Made by a program: the position numbers and the translations under genes. A stretch of DNA of 64,000 bases from Gammaproteobacteria bacterium (GTDB lineage: Bacteria; Pseudomonadota; Gammaproteobacteria; Steroidobacterales; Rariloculaceae). The notes under the pieces are model-generated. The model worked only from the letters and a program-made list of their open reading frames with translations. It had not been told where the DNA came from and made no database searches. Positions within the stretch are counted from its first letter, which is position 1. Every line of letters starts with the position of its first letter. Below are positions 28,220 to 38,505 of this stretch, piece by piece. The stretch is taken from NCBI GenBank assembly GCA_036381015.1, contig DASVDR010000029.1, positions 96,676-160,675 of the forward strand. Direction: 5' to 3'.

Positions 28220-28948
28220 TCAAGCCGTTCGAGCGTCTCGATTGTCGACGGCGACGCCGATCACGATGAGCACGGCGTAATCCTGCTTGTCGCAGCCCTC
28301 GACAGGAGGCATCGGCGCGCCCGGGCTTACCGGGAACGCGCTCTTCACTGCATGCGCCGGCGAGCAGGACGACGCCGCGCTCGCCGGCGTGTAGCGCGCC
28401 GAGCGGCAGCGCAGATGCGTGACGTCGTAGAGCGTGGCGCCGCCGCCGAGCTCCCAGCGCTGAGCGCCGCTTGCGTCCGGCGCGTGCACGGTCAGGATGC
28501 TCTTCGCCTCGCGGTTGCCGGTGACCATGTATTGGCCCGGCGGGAGCGGGAATTCGGGCGACTCCATGATCAAGCCGTGCTCCTCGAGCCACCAGCTGGA
28601 GTCGTCGAATCTCCATCCCGCCGGGGCGACGCCCGCGACCTTGAGCCGCTCGTAGTGATCGAGTATCACTCCCCGCGGACCGGGGTCGCGACGCCACAGC
28701 CCCCATAGTTGCGCGTTGTTGCCGGACGTGGCTTCACGGTCGCCCAGCGCCGCGATGAACTGCGTCGGCACGCGCTCGAACTTCGGCCCGATGTCGCGCC
28801 CGCGGACGGATTGCGCGAGCGCAGCCGGGGAGACCGCCGCCGCGGCCGCCGTGGCGGCACCGGCCGCGAGGAACGAGCGGCGACTGAAGGCAGCGCGGCC
28901 CGAGGGGAGGGGCGGAAACGACAGGTCGCGATCGCGCTCTCGGTGCAT
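28220..28948 (-). CDS. Tat-signal secreted protein, function unknown
   Basis: ORF 28220..29272 trimmed to MHRERD (GGAGGAG SD). Twin-arginine motif [19 protein letters not shown]. Confidence 0.6.
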   Translation of the reverse strand: MHRERDRDLSFPPLPSGRAAFSRRSFLAAGAATAAAAAVSPAALAQSVRGRDIGPKFERVPTQFIAALGDREATSGNNAQLWGLWRRDPGPRGVILDHYERLKVAGVAPAGWRFDDSSWWLEEHGLIMESPEFPLPPGQYMVTGNREAKSILTVHAPDASGAQRWELGGGATLYDVTHLRCRSARYTPASAASSCSPAHAVKSAFPVSPGAPMPPVEGCDKQDYAVLIVIGVAVDNRDARTA

Positions 28949-29256
28949 CGTGCTCTCCTCCTGGGTTTCGGCGGACGAGGATTCAGAGAAATCTAGCATC
29001 TTTGAGCCTGGAAATCGTCGTACCGGGACCTTTCGATGCCGGCGGGAGGGCGTCCGCGAGTGCGCCCGTCGACTTCGGCGCCGCCCTTCCCCGCGTGGAC
29101 CGCGCTTCCGTTGCGCCGCGCCCGATGCCGCACTTCCGCCGCATCGGCCGCTGCCGTATGCTCGGCACTCGTGCCCGCCGGCCGCCGGCGGTCGGAGGTG
29201 CTCCGGGCACGGAACCCGGCGCGCATGGAGCAGCGGCGACACCGGAACCGATCGAC

Positions 29257-30480
29257 GTGAGAACGTCTCCACTCGGCCCGTCCGACGTCATCGTCGTGGG
29301 CAACTCTTCCGACGATCCCTTCGCGATCGACGTGGCTTATACCGTCGGCCAGGCGGAGGACATCGCCGACCTGATCAGCATGAAGACCTTCGCGAACTCG
29401 GAGTTCTGCCCGAGGTTCATTTCCGACGAGCACGACTTCTCGCGCATCGGCCGGAAGCTCGAAGGCAAGATCGTCGTGATCGTCAGCACGTCGAGCCGGC
29501 AACCGAGCCGGCAGACGCTCGCGATGCGCACGATGCTGATCGCCCGCGCCGCAAAGGAGAACGGTGCGCGAGAGGTCGTGCTCGTGGAGCCCGATCTTTT
29601 CTACAGCGCGCAGGATCGCGGGCCGCGGCCCGAGCTCGGCGACACCGCGTTCGAGCGGGACGCGGCCGATCTGAAGAAGTTCGACGGGCAGCCGTTCACC
29701 GCCAAGCTGTATGCGCAAATGCTGAGACTGGCCGGCGTGGACCGCGTGCTGACGGTTCACAACCATTCCGTGTCCGTCCAGCGGACGTTCACGGAGATCT
29801 TCGAGGGCGCGTTCCACAACCTGATGCCGTACGACATCTATGTCGACTATCTGAAGAACTCGGACATCGTGCGGTACGGCCCGGAAGGCGAAGGCCTCGT
29901 ATTGTGCGCGCCGGACCGCGGCGCGCGGAGCTTCGTCAAGGAGATGCACGCGCGCCTTGCGCTGCCGAAAGCGAAGCTCATCCTGCTCGACAAGGAACGT
30001 GCGGGCGAGCGGAAGGTGCAGATCAGCCTGCATCCCGAAAGCCAGTCCACGTTCGACGAGATCCGCGGTCACGACGTCGTGCTCTTCGACGACATGGTTC
30101 GCACCGGCTCCACGGTCGTCGAGACGTGCCAGTTCCTGCGCCAGGTCGCGCCGGGCAGAACGGTCTTCGCCGTCACGCACTTCTATGCGAGCGAGGAAGG
30201 GCGGCAGAAGATGGCGAGCACGGCCATCGACGAGATTCTGACGCTGAACACGCTGCCGACGATTCTCAATCGCGACCAGCAGGGCCGGCTGCGCCGAAAA
30301 ATGGTCGTGCTGAAGATCGAAGGCTGGCTGGCGCGTCAGCTCTGCCGCATCCTCGGCGTGCGGTGCAGCGAGTCCACGAGCCTTTATCAGATCGACATGT
30401 CGTCGAAGAACCCCAGGTTCATCCGCAAGATTTGGACGAACGACCAGCTTCGGGAGCTGCACGCGCAGAGGCGCGGATGA
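29257..30480 (+). CDS. Atypical ribose-phosphate pyrophosphokinase (PRPP synthetase)-like protein
   Basis: PRS-like blocks NSEFCPRF, GKIVVIVST, YSAQDR, TVHNHS, APDRGARSF, LFDDMVRTGSTV. Insertions and a ~60 aa C-terminal extension make it ~407 aa. The GTG start at 29257 is uncertain (ORF opens at 29002). Confidence 0.7.
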   Translation: MRTSPLGPSDVIVVGNSSDDPFAIDVAYTVGQAEDIADLISMKTFANSEFCPRFISDEHDFSRIGRKLEGKIVVIVSTSSRQPSRQTLAMRTMLIARAAKENGAREVVLVEPDLFYSAQDRGPRPELGDTAFERDAADLKKFDGQPFTAKLYAQMLRLAGVDRVLTVHNHSVSVQRTFTEIFEGAFHNLMPYDIYVDYLKNSDIVRYGPEGEGLVLCAPDRGARSFVKEMHARLALPKAKLILLDKERAGERKVQISLHPESQSTFDEIRGHDVVLFDDMVRTGSTVVETCQFLRQVAPGRTVFAVTHFYASEEGRQKMASTAIDEILTLNTLPTILNRDQQGRLRRKMVVLKIEGWLARQLCRILGVRCSESTSLYQIDMSSKNPRFIRKIWTNDQLRELHAQRRG

Positions 30481-30568
30481 TTCCGAGTCATACGCCCGCG
30501 CTCACTACCGCGCCGGGCTCTTCGGCAGCCGCGCCGGCCGCGAGGCGGCGGCGAAAGCGCAGGTGTCC

Positions 30569-30958
30569 TCATTCCCCCCGCGCCGCCTGGATCAGCGCTT
30601 CCATGTGCTCGAGCCGCCTCGCGAACACGCGCTTGCCCTCGGCTGTCATGCTGTACTCGGTCCGCGGCACGCGGCCGGCGAAGCGCTTCTTGCAGACGAT
30701 GTAACCCGCATCCTCGAGCTTGCGCGCATGCGCGCTCAAATTTCCGTCCGTCGTGCTCAAGAGCTCCTTGAGCTCCGCGAAGCTCATGCTGGGCATGACG
30801 CTGAGCGCGCTCATGATGCCGAGACGAACCCGCTCGTGGAGGATACGGTCCGCCTGGTCGTTCTCCGCCGTCGCGAAGTAGCCGGCGAGCGCCCGCAGCC
30901 GGCGGGCGTCCGGCGCGGCGGCCGCTGCCGCTTTCCGTTTCACCGCCTTCTCAGCCAC
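30569..30958 (-). CDS. Winged-helix transcriptional regulator (HTH_34/ArsR-like)
   Basis: HERVRLGIMSAL...MSFAELKELLSTTDGNLSAHARKLEDAGYIVCKKRF.GRVPRTEYSMTAEG. Confidence 0.75.
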   Translation of the reverse strand: MAEKAVKRKAAAAAAPDARRLRALAGYFATAENDQADRILHERVRLGIMSALSVMPSMSFAELKELLSTTDGNLSAHARKLEDAGYIVCKKRFAGRVPRTEYSMTAEGKRVFARRLEHMEALIQAARGE

Positions 30959-31568
30959 CGTGATTCCTGACGATGAAGGCGCCGAGCGCGAGGTGGATCC
31001 CGCCGAAGCCGAGCGCGAGCATCGCCGCGGCGGAGGCGGGCGGGGCCGCGAACATCACGCTTCCGAGCGCCATGAAGGCGAAGCCTGCGGCGAGCACCGC
31101 CGGAATCGAGAAGACGCCGCACGAGGCCATGCCGGCGCCGTAAAGGAGCAGCCAGATCGCCGCGATGGCGCCGCGCCCGACCGTATCGTGCAGCGCAGCG
31201 GTCAGCACGGCGCCGGCCGTGAAAGCCGGCACGAGCGTCAGAAAGAACCGAAGCGCGATCGCGCGGCGCAGGCTCGAGCCTTGGGCCTGCGCCTTGATTT
31301 CCATCGCGACGAGCGCCGACGCGCAAGCAACGACGGCGGCGGTGAGCCAGATCGCGAGCCAATGCGACGCAAGGGCGGGCACCGACTCGAGGGCGGCCGC
31401 CGCAAGGCCGACGACGCCCATCGCGATGCAGCCTTTGCCGGGCACCGCAGTGAAGGTGCGGGCGGCCTCGATCGTGCTGCGAATGTACTCGAGATTCTCC
31501 GTGGCGAGCGCGGCGAGCGATTTGGCCTGGCGGCGGGGCGCGGGTGCGCTCGAGCGAACGGAGTACAT
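30951..31568 (-). CDS. Integral membrane protein (5-6 TM), co-operonic with the winged-helix regulator
   Basis: Hydrophobic helices throughout. 8-nt overlap with the downstream regulator start. Confidence 0.6.
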   Translation of the reverse strand: MYSVRSSAPAPRRQAKSLAALATENLEYIRSTIEAARTFTAVPGKGCIAMGVVGLAAAALESVPALASHWLAIWLTAAVVACASALVAMEIKAQAQGSSLRRAIALRFFLTLVPAFTAGAVLTAALHDTVGRGAIAAIWLLLYGAGMASCGVFSIPAVLAAGFAFMALGSVMFAAPPASAAAMLALGFGGIHLALGAFIVRNHGG

Positions 31569-31683
31569 CAGCGTAAGTTGCAGGCCCCGCGCGTCACTGT
31601 CAAGTACTTTGTGATGCAGAGAGAAGCCCTGAAGAAGCGGTCCTGCAGCTCGCCGACCGGGGACACGGGAGGTTGCGCTTTCG

Positions 31684-33402
31684 TCAGAACGTGCCGCACT
31701 CCGCCTGGCGACTGCAGAGCTCCTCGAGCAGCTTCATCGTCTCCGGGAACGGATCGGCCGGCGGCACGAGGATCTCCGGCTCGTAGCGCCCGGCCGCAAG
31801 ATCCATCGGCGTTAGACCGTCGCGGCCGGCGACCTTGAGCTTCGCGCCGTGGTCGAACAGGAACTGCACGACCTTGTTCCAGCCGTTGCGGGCGGCGCCA
31901 TGGATCGCTGCGCGGCCGTCGGGCGGCACGTAACTGTAGATGTACCGCTGGTTCCCGTGGGTGATGCGGACGTGCATCAGGAAGTTGTCCTTGCCGGGCG
32001 GCGGAATGCGGCCGAACGAGACGGTGCGGCGATTCACGTCCGCGCCGGCCTCGAGCAGGACCTTCAACGTCTCGATGCGGTCCTCCTCGGTCGCGTCCTG
32101 GCCGCGGGTGGCGCGAATGCCGAACCCGACGCCCGCGGCGGCCATGAACGGCGTGACGCCGTACTGGTTCGGCAGCTCGGCGATCGCGCCGTGCTCGAGC
32201 AGCAGACGCACGACCTCGGTGTCGCCCGCCCGCGCGGCGCGGAGCAGCGGCGTGGCGCCCGTGGAGAGCATGACGTCCGTGCCGCGCTCGAAGACCGCGT
32301 CCCGAAACTGCGGCCGGTGCTTCAGCTGGATATTCGGATCCGCGCCGCGGTCGAGCAACAGACGAATCAGGTCCATTGCGTCCGTCTCGTCGCCGTGCAG
32401 CAGCGCGTTGCGCGCGTTGCTCGGCGGCGTGTGCAGATCCACGGCGTGGTAGAGCGGCGTGCGGCCGGCGAAGTCCCACTTGTTAACGTCCGCGCCGGCC
32501 TCGATCAGCGCCTTCGCGAAGTCGAAGTGGCCGTTGTAGATTGCGAGATTCAACGGCGTGGTGCGGTCCGGGTCCGTGATGTCGATGTCCGCGCCCGCGT
32601 CGAGCAGCGGTGCGATGCAAGCGACGCAGCCCTCGCGCGCGGCGTAGTGCAACGCCGCGAAGCCGCCGTCGTGCATGTCCTTCTTGCGCGGCTCGGCCGT
32701 CACGCGCCGCTGCCAGTTGCGCTCCTTGCCGCGCATGTTCGGATCGGCACCGTTCTCGAGGAGCATCGCGACCATCTCGGGGTGGCGTTGCGCGGCTGCC
32801 CACATCAGCGCGGTTTGCCCGCCCCAGCTTTCCACCGCGTTCGGGCGTGCGCCGTGCTCGAGCAGTAACGCCGCGGCATCGAGGTTCCCGGCGCGCGCGA
32901 CGACCATCAGCGGCGTTTGCCCCTCGGCGTTCGCCGCGTTCGCGTCGACGCCCGCCGCGAGCAGGATCTCGAGGATCGGCACGGAGCCGACCAGCGCCGC
33001 TTCCGCGATCGGCGTGGCGCCGAAATCGTTCACGACGTCGGCCTGCGCGCCGGCTTCGAGCAGCGCGCGCGCGAGCTCCACCTCCCCGTAGTGTGCGGCC
33101 CAATGCAGCGCCGTGGTGCCGTTCGCCGCGGCGGCGTTCACGTCCGCGCCCGACTCGATCAGCGCGAGCGCATCGGCGATCCGTTGCTCGCGCGCGGCTT
33201 CGACGAGTGGCGGCGCGGTGCCGGGGGCCGGGAGCGTGTCCGCGAACGCGCCGCCCGACGGGAGTGACGCGAGCACGAGCAGCGCGCAGAAGATCTCGCG
33301 GCGCACACGCGCTGCCGTGGCGCGTATCCGCGCGGCCCCTTGGGATGCCGCGGCGCTTCGCGTCGCGCGGAGACCGGCGGCGGCTGCGCCCCGTCGCGGC
33401 AC
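31684..33402 (-). CDS. Secreted ankyrin-repeat protein
   Basis: More than 8 ANK repeats (G.TALHWAA..G....LLL..GADVN). Hydrophobic signal ..IFCALLVLASLPSGGAFA. GTG start with GGAGA upstream. Lies 10 nt after the DUF1552 gene. Confidence 0.85.
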   Translation of the reverse strand: MPRRGAAAAGLRATRSAAASQGAARIRATAARVRREIFCALLVLASLPSGGAFADTLPAPGTAPPLVEAAREQRIADALALIESGADVNAAAANGTTALHWAAHYGEVELARALLEAGAQADVVNDFGATPIAEAALVGSVPILEILLAAGVDANAANAEGQTPLMVVARAGNLDAAALLLEHGARPNAVESWGGQTALMWAAAQRHPEMVAMLLENGADPNMRGKERNWQRRVTAEPRKKDMHDGGFAALHYAAREGCVACIAPLLDAGADIDITDPDRTTPLNLAIYNGHFDFAKALIEAGADVNKWDFAGRTPLYHAVDLHTPPSNARNALLHGDETDAMDLIRLLLDRGADPNIQLKHRPQFRDAVFERGTDVMLSTGATPLLRAARAGDTEVVRLLLEHGAIAELPNQYGVTPFMAAAGVGFGIRATRGQDATEEDRIETLKVLLEAGADVNRRTVSFGRIPPPGKDNFLMHVRITHGNQRYIYSYVPPDGRAAIHGAARNGWNKVVQFLFDHGAKLKVAGRDGLTPMDLAAGRYEPEILVPPADPFPETMKLLEELCSRQAECGTF

Positions 33403-33412
33403 GCCCGGTCTC

Positions 33413-34726
33413 CTAGACTTCCGCGAGCTCGCCCGTGCTGTCCCCGAACGACTCGATCGGCACGCCGGCGCGGAGCAGCAGCGTCAGGAGCAGGTTCGCG
33501 AGCGGTGTGTTCCGGGGATAGACGAGGTGCTGGCCCCCGCGAATCGTGCCGCCGCCGAGCCCGAGCACCGCCGACGGCAGCGGATCGTTGTTGTGCAGGT
33601 CGCTGTTCGACATGTTGCTGCCGTAGAGCAGGATGGCGTTGTCGAGCACCGAGCCTTCGGCCTCCGGCATCGCGTCGAGCTTCGCGAGGAACTCCGCGAA
33701 GATCTCGCTGTGGTAGGTCTGGATGCTCTGCAGCTTGTCGAGCTTGCCGGGATCCTCGCCGTGATGCGAGAGCGGGTGGAAGGCTTCCGAGATGCCGAGG
33801 TGCGTGTAAGCCTTCATGCTCGCTTCGGCCGCCATCATGTAGTTCCCGATGCGCGTGATGTCGCCCTGGTATGCCAGCGCGAGCAGATCGAACAGCAGCG
33901 TCTGCTGCTCACGGAAATCGGGCGGCACTCCGAGCGGCACCGGCGGCAGCTCGAGATCGGAAAGATCCTGCTCCTTGATCTTCTGCACGCGGCGCTCGAC
34001 CTCGCGCACCGAGTCGAGGTAGGTGTCGAGCCGCGCGACGTCGCTGCGTCCGAGCCGGCCGCGGAGGTCGGCGGCGCTTTCGAGCGCGAAGTCGAGGACG
34101 GAGCCCGTCTCGTCGATGATCGCCGCCCGCTCCTCGGGGCTCGCGCCTTCGCCGAACAGCTTGAAGAAGAGCTTGCGCGGGTTGAATTCCATCGGCAGCC
34201 CTTGCGTGGGCGTGCGGAAGGAGATCGTGTTGCCGAACATGTTCCCGGACGCGCCGGCCGGCCCGGCCTTGCCTTCGGCCGCGATCTCGATGGACGGGAA
34301 CGGCGTGCTCTGCCCGATATGCCGTGCGGCGATCTGGTCGCAGGTCGTGCCGCCTTCCGCGGCGCCCGGCGGTGCACAGCGCAGCCACGTGCCCGGAATG
34401 ATGCCGTGAGGGTCCGGGCTTTCGGCCGGCTTGTTGCGCAGATACGAGACGACCGTGAGACGGTCCTTGAACGGCTCGAGCGGCTTCAGAATCGGCGACA
34501 GCTCGAAGCTCTTGCCTTCGCCCTTCGGCGTCCAGCGGTCGTCGCCTTCTAGCAGGATCGCGCCATGCGGGAAGTAGAAAAAGCCCATGCGGAGCGCCGA
34601 CGCCTCGGCCGCCTCGGCGCGCGTCGCCATTGCGGGCAGCATGGCTTCGAGGAAGGGCAGTGCGATGCCGACGCCGGCGCCTCGCAGGACGGTTCGTCGA
34701 GAGAGACGCTTCTTGCTGATGAACAT
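33413..34726 (-). CDS. DUF1552-family protein (Tat-like signal)
   Basis: MFISKKRLSRRTVLRGAGVGIALPFLEAM.., FYFPHG, ..LLYGSNMSNSDLHNNDPLP..LGGG are characteristic of DUF1552. Start moved to the ATG with AAGGAG upstream (track start 34747). Confidence 0.85.
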   Translation of the reverse strand: MFISKKRLSRRTVLRGAGVGIALPFLEAMLPAMATRAEAAEASALRMGFFYFPHGAILLEGDDRWTPKGEGKSFELSPILKPLEPFKDRLTVVSYLRNKPAESPDPHGIIPGTWLRCAPPGAAEGGTTCDQIAARHIGQSTPFPSIEIAAEGKAGPAGASGNMFGNTISFRTPTQGLPMEFNPRKLFFKLFGEGASPEERAAIIDETGSVLDFALESAADLRGRLGRSDVARLDTYLDSVREVERRVQKIKEQDLSDLELPPVPLGVPPDFREQQTLLFDLLALAYQGDITRIGNYMMAAEASMKAYTHLGISEAFHPLSHHGEDPGKLDKLQSIQTYHSEIFAEFLAKLDAMPEAEGSVLDNAILLYGSNMSNSDLHNNDPLPSAVLGLGGGTIRGGQHLVYPRNTPLANLLLTLLLRAGVPIESFGDSTGELAEV

Positions 34727-34774
34727 GGCCCCCGGCTCCTTATCCATCGGCGGTCTTTCGAGCGCCCTGCGGGC

Positions 34775-35647
34775 TCAGGCCGCGGTCGCGGTCGCGTCCT
34801 CGAACGCGCGAATGATCGGGTCGCCTTCCGGGAAGATGCCGCGCTCGATGACCCACCGCTGCGTCTCCTCGTACATCTCACGGGTGTACGGCTGGAAGAC
34901 GATGCGCTCGCCGGGACCGAAGACCCGCGTGTCCATCATGTCGTGAAAGCGCTGCGGAAACTCCTTTAGATAGTGGTGCGTGTAGCGGTGCGTGTGCAGG
35001 TCGATGTCGATTTGTGCTCGGCGCAGCGCCGCGAAGTAGCGCCGCAGCGCGTCCTTGTCCGCGCGCTCGCTGACCATTGCAGCCATCATGAAGCTCGTGT
35101 CGAGAATCTTGCGGAACCCGAGCTGCTCGAGGAAGTAGTAGGGGCCCGAGAAGACGCTGACGGCCGGCACCTCGCCGTCGATGAGCTTTTCCATCCGGCG
35201 GAACAGCAAGCCGTCGGCGAAGGACAGATTGATGTCGCTCGGCGCGAGGAAGCGGTCGAGCGCCTCGAGGGTCGAGTAATGGCTCCCGGATTGATAGCCG
35301 ACCGAAATCGGCACGCCGGCGAGATCTTCCGGGCGCTCGATGCCGGAATTCGGCGCAACGAAAATGCCGCACGGCGCGACCGAGTAGGCGTCGACGTAGA
35401 TCCGGCCGTGGCCCGCGGCCGCGGCGATGTTCACGGTCCAGTGGCAGGCGCAGCTCACGTCGCTCTCGCGCCCGCGCTCGAAGGTTTGATAGGCGCCGAC
35501 TCTATCGCCGAGATCGTGCTGCTTGGCGTCGGCCGACCCCAGCGCGGCGCGAAACTCGTAATCGAGCCCTTCGGCCGCGAAATAGCCCTTCTCCTCGGCA
35601 ACCCACTCGTGCAGCCGCATGTGCGGCGAGATGATGAACTTCGGCAT
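34775..35647 (-). CDS. Cytoplasmic periplasmic-binding-protein-fold (NMT1/SsuA-like) protein
   Basis: 290-aa ORF with good coding character and no signal peptide. The family call rests on weak by-eye resemblance only. Confidence 0.45.
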   Translation of the reverse strand: MPKFIISPHMRLHEWVAEEKGYFAAEGLDYEFRAALGSADAKQHDLGDRVGAYQTFERGRESDVSCACHWTVNIAAAAGHGRIYVDAYSVAPCGIFVAPNSGIERPEDLAGVPISVGYQSGSHYSTLEALDRFLAPSDINLSFADGLLFRRMEKLIDGEVPAVSVFSGPYYFLEQLGFRKILDTSFMMAAMVSERADKDALRRYFAALRRAQIDIDLHTHRYTHHYLKEFPQRFHDMMDTRVFGPGERIVFQPYTREMYEETQRWVIERGIFPEGDPIIRAFEDATATAA

Positions 35648-35971
35648 CGCAATCCTCCGTTACCGGCTGCCACGACGTCGCTGCCGCCGCAGCGTAATCC
35701 GCGGTTCGCCCGCGGCCGACTTGCCTCGGCCCATACTACAAAAGTCCGCGCCGCATCCGAATAGCATCGGCCGACAATGATTCGGCCGTGTCCTCCCCGA
35801 AGGGCTCGTCCCGGAAAAGGGACGCAGCTGTCCGCTTTCGCGACAGAGCCACGCGAGGCCGATCGCGTTCGCACGACGGATTGAAACTATTCAATATCTT
35901 ATGCGCGCGCTCGGCGTGGCACGCTTGTTGCGATCGCACGGGCACATCGTGTACTGCGGGCGAGGGCTGCG

Positions 35972-38400
35972 ATGACTCACGGGAAGCTGCGGATGCCGTT
36001 ATCGCTCTCCGATGTCAAATACGCGGCGCGGCTCTTGTGCAAGAGCCCGTGGTTCACGATGTTGACGGTGGCGGTGCTCTCCGGCGGCCTCGGCATCGGC
36101 ATCTACACGTTCGCGGCGCTCGATATGATGATGTACCGCGACCTGCCGCTGCCGGAGGGCGACTCGATCGTGCGGGTCGGCGCGGGCGAGTGGCCGAGCT
36201 TCGAGCCGCTCGACGCCTACGAGCTCTCCCGGATTCGGGAAGAGGCCGCAAGCCTGTCGGAGCTCGGCGCCTTCCGCACGTCCCGCTCGCTCGTCGGCGA
36301 GCCGGGCTCGAGCCATACGGTCCGGTCCACGGAGGCCGATTGGGCCGTCTTCGAGTTCACTCGCACGCCGCCCTTGCTCGGGCGCGGATTCGTCGCCGAG
36401 GACAGCTCTGCCGCAGCAGAGCCCGTTGCCGTGCTGAGCTACGGCACCTGGCAATCCGTGTTCGCAGGCGATTCGGGCATCGTGGGGCAGCTCGTCAGGG
36501 TCGACGGACGGCCGACGCGTGTCGTCGGCGTGATGCCGGAAGGCTATGCCTTTCCCATCAATACGGGAATGTGGCTCCCGCTCGGTCCGCAAGACCTCGA
36601 TCCGGCCGATTACACCGGAAACGCGCTCGCCGCCTATGCGCGGCTTCGTCCCGGCGTCTCGGCGGAGTCCGCGGAGGCCGAGCTTCGATCGCTGCTCCAG
36701 CGGGTCCGGCAGCAGCGCCCGGAGGCCGACGACCGGGATCTCGGCGCCGTTTCGGTCCTGACGTTCCAGGAGGAGCAATGGGGCATCCTCGGCACGGTGA
36801 TCTTCGGCGTCCTCAATCTGCTCGCGCTGTCGATTCTGTTGCTCGCCGCGGTCAACGTCGGCAATCTGCTGCTCGCGCGCACCAATGCGCGGCTCAACGA
36901 GATCGGGCTCCGTGTCGCGCTCGGTGCGCCGCGCTTGCGGCTGATCGTTCAGACGACGCTCGAGAACGTCGTTCTCTGCGCCCTCGGCGGATTGCTCGCG
37001 GTCTCGTTCGCCGCGCGCGCTCTCGAGGCGTCGGACGGTTTCATGAAAGCGCTGCTCGGCGACGATCTGCCGTTCTGGTGGACGTGGGGCCTCGATCGCG
37101 AAGCCGTCGCGGCCGCCGTGCTGCTCCTCCTCGGGACCGTCCTCGTGGTCTCGGTGTTGCCGGCCTACAGCGTCAGCCGTGCCGATGCGAACGCGCTTCT
37201 GAAGGACGGTAGCCGCGGAGGCGGCGGGCTCGGAACCGGGCGCATCTCCCGCGCGCTCGTCACGGTCCAGATCGCGCTGATTTCCGCGGTGATGCTCGTC
37301 GGCAGCGCGGCCACCGTCATCGCTCACCGCGCCGCGCGGTTCGACATCGGCATGGACATCGCCGATCTCTACATGATGGACGTCGAGCTGCCCGCCGACC
37401 GCTACGGCACGGCCGCGGAGCGGTTGGCGTTCCAGCAGCGCCTGCTCGCGGAGCTGCGCGCGACTCCGGGGATCGGGGCGGCCGCAGTAATGCAGCAAGC
37501 GGGCATCGCGCGGTTCGCCCTCGCCGGCGCCGAGTACGCGACGCTCGAGGATCGACCGGCGGCCTGGCTCGTCGTCCTGTCCGACTCACCGGCGCCGATC
37601 GGACCGGCGCTGATCGAGGGCCGCGCGTTCGACAGCCGCGACAGCGCAACCGGCGTGAAGACCGCGATCGTCAGCGAGACGCTCGCCGAAACTCATGGCC
37701 GAATGCCTCTGCGCTCGGACGAAGCATCGAGGTCTCGTTCGGCGACGGCCCGCCCGAGCAGCGTGTCATCGTCGGCGTCGTCGGTGACGTGCGCTATGAC
37801 CCGCTCGGCATGGTGCCGGTCGGCAGCTCGGCGGTCTACGTTCCGCTGCCGCAGCTCGTTCTGCCCGTCGCCGGCATGATCGTCCGGCATGCCGGAGACG
37901 AGGCCGCGGCGCGGAGCGCGATGTACGAGGCGCTCGCGCGAGTCGATCCGGCGATTCCGCCGAGCATCACGAGCTATGCGTTCGCTCTGGACCGGATGAC
38001 GCTGTTCGCGAGAACGATCACGAAGCTCTTCGCCGCCTGCGGCGCTTTCGCGATCCTGCTCGCGATCACCGGCATCTACGGGATGAGCAGCAACGCCGTC
38101 GTGCTGCGCACCCGCGAGGTCGGGTTGCGGCGCGCGCTCGGCGCGAGCAACGGCAATGTCGTCGCGATCTTCATGCGGCAAGGCAGCAGGCAGCTCGCGG
38201 TCGGCCTCGGGGCGAGCGCACTGCTGTCGGCCGCCGTGCTGACCGTCGTCCTGCAAGGCTTCTCCATCTGCGGGGCCACGCTCGCCGCGATGGCGGCGGG
38301 CGTCGTTGTCGTCGTCTCGGCGACGGTGCTGCTTTCGATCTACGTCTCCGTGCGCGGCGTCGTTCGACGCGAGCCGAGCGCCGCGTTGCGCTACGGGTAG
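35972..38400 (+). pseudogene. ADOP/FtsX-type permease interrupted by a single 1-nt frameshift (or sequencing error)
   Basis: ORF 35972..37879 and ORF 37789..38400 are one gene. ..IVSETLAETH|WPNASALGRSIEVSFGDGPPEQRVIVGVVGDVRYDPLG.. requires a -1 shift at about 37696 (CAT-TGG collapsed to CATGG). Ends ..VRREPSAALRYG*. Confidence 0.65.
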
Positions 38401-38505
38401 GTCGATTTGCGGATCGCGTGGTGCCGCCGACCGCAATCCGACGAGCGAAACGGCCGTGACCGGCGGTCGCCGGTGGGCGAGCGAAGCCCTGTAAACTCGA
38501 GCCGA

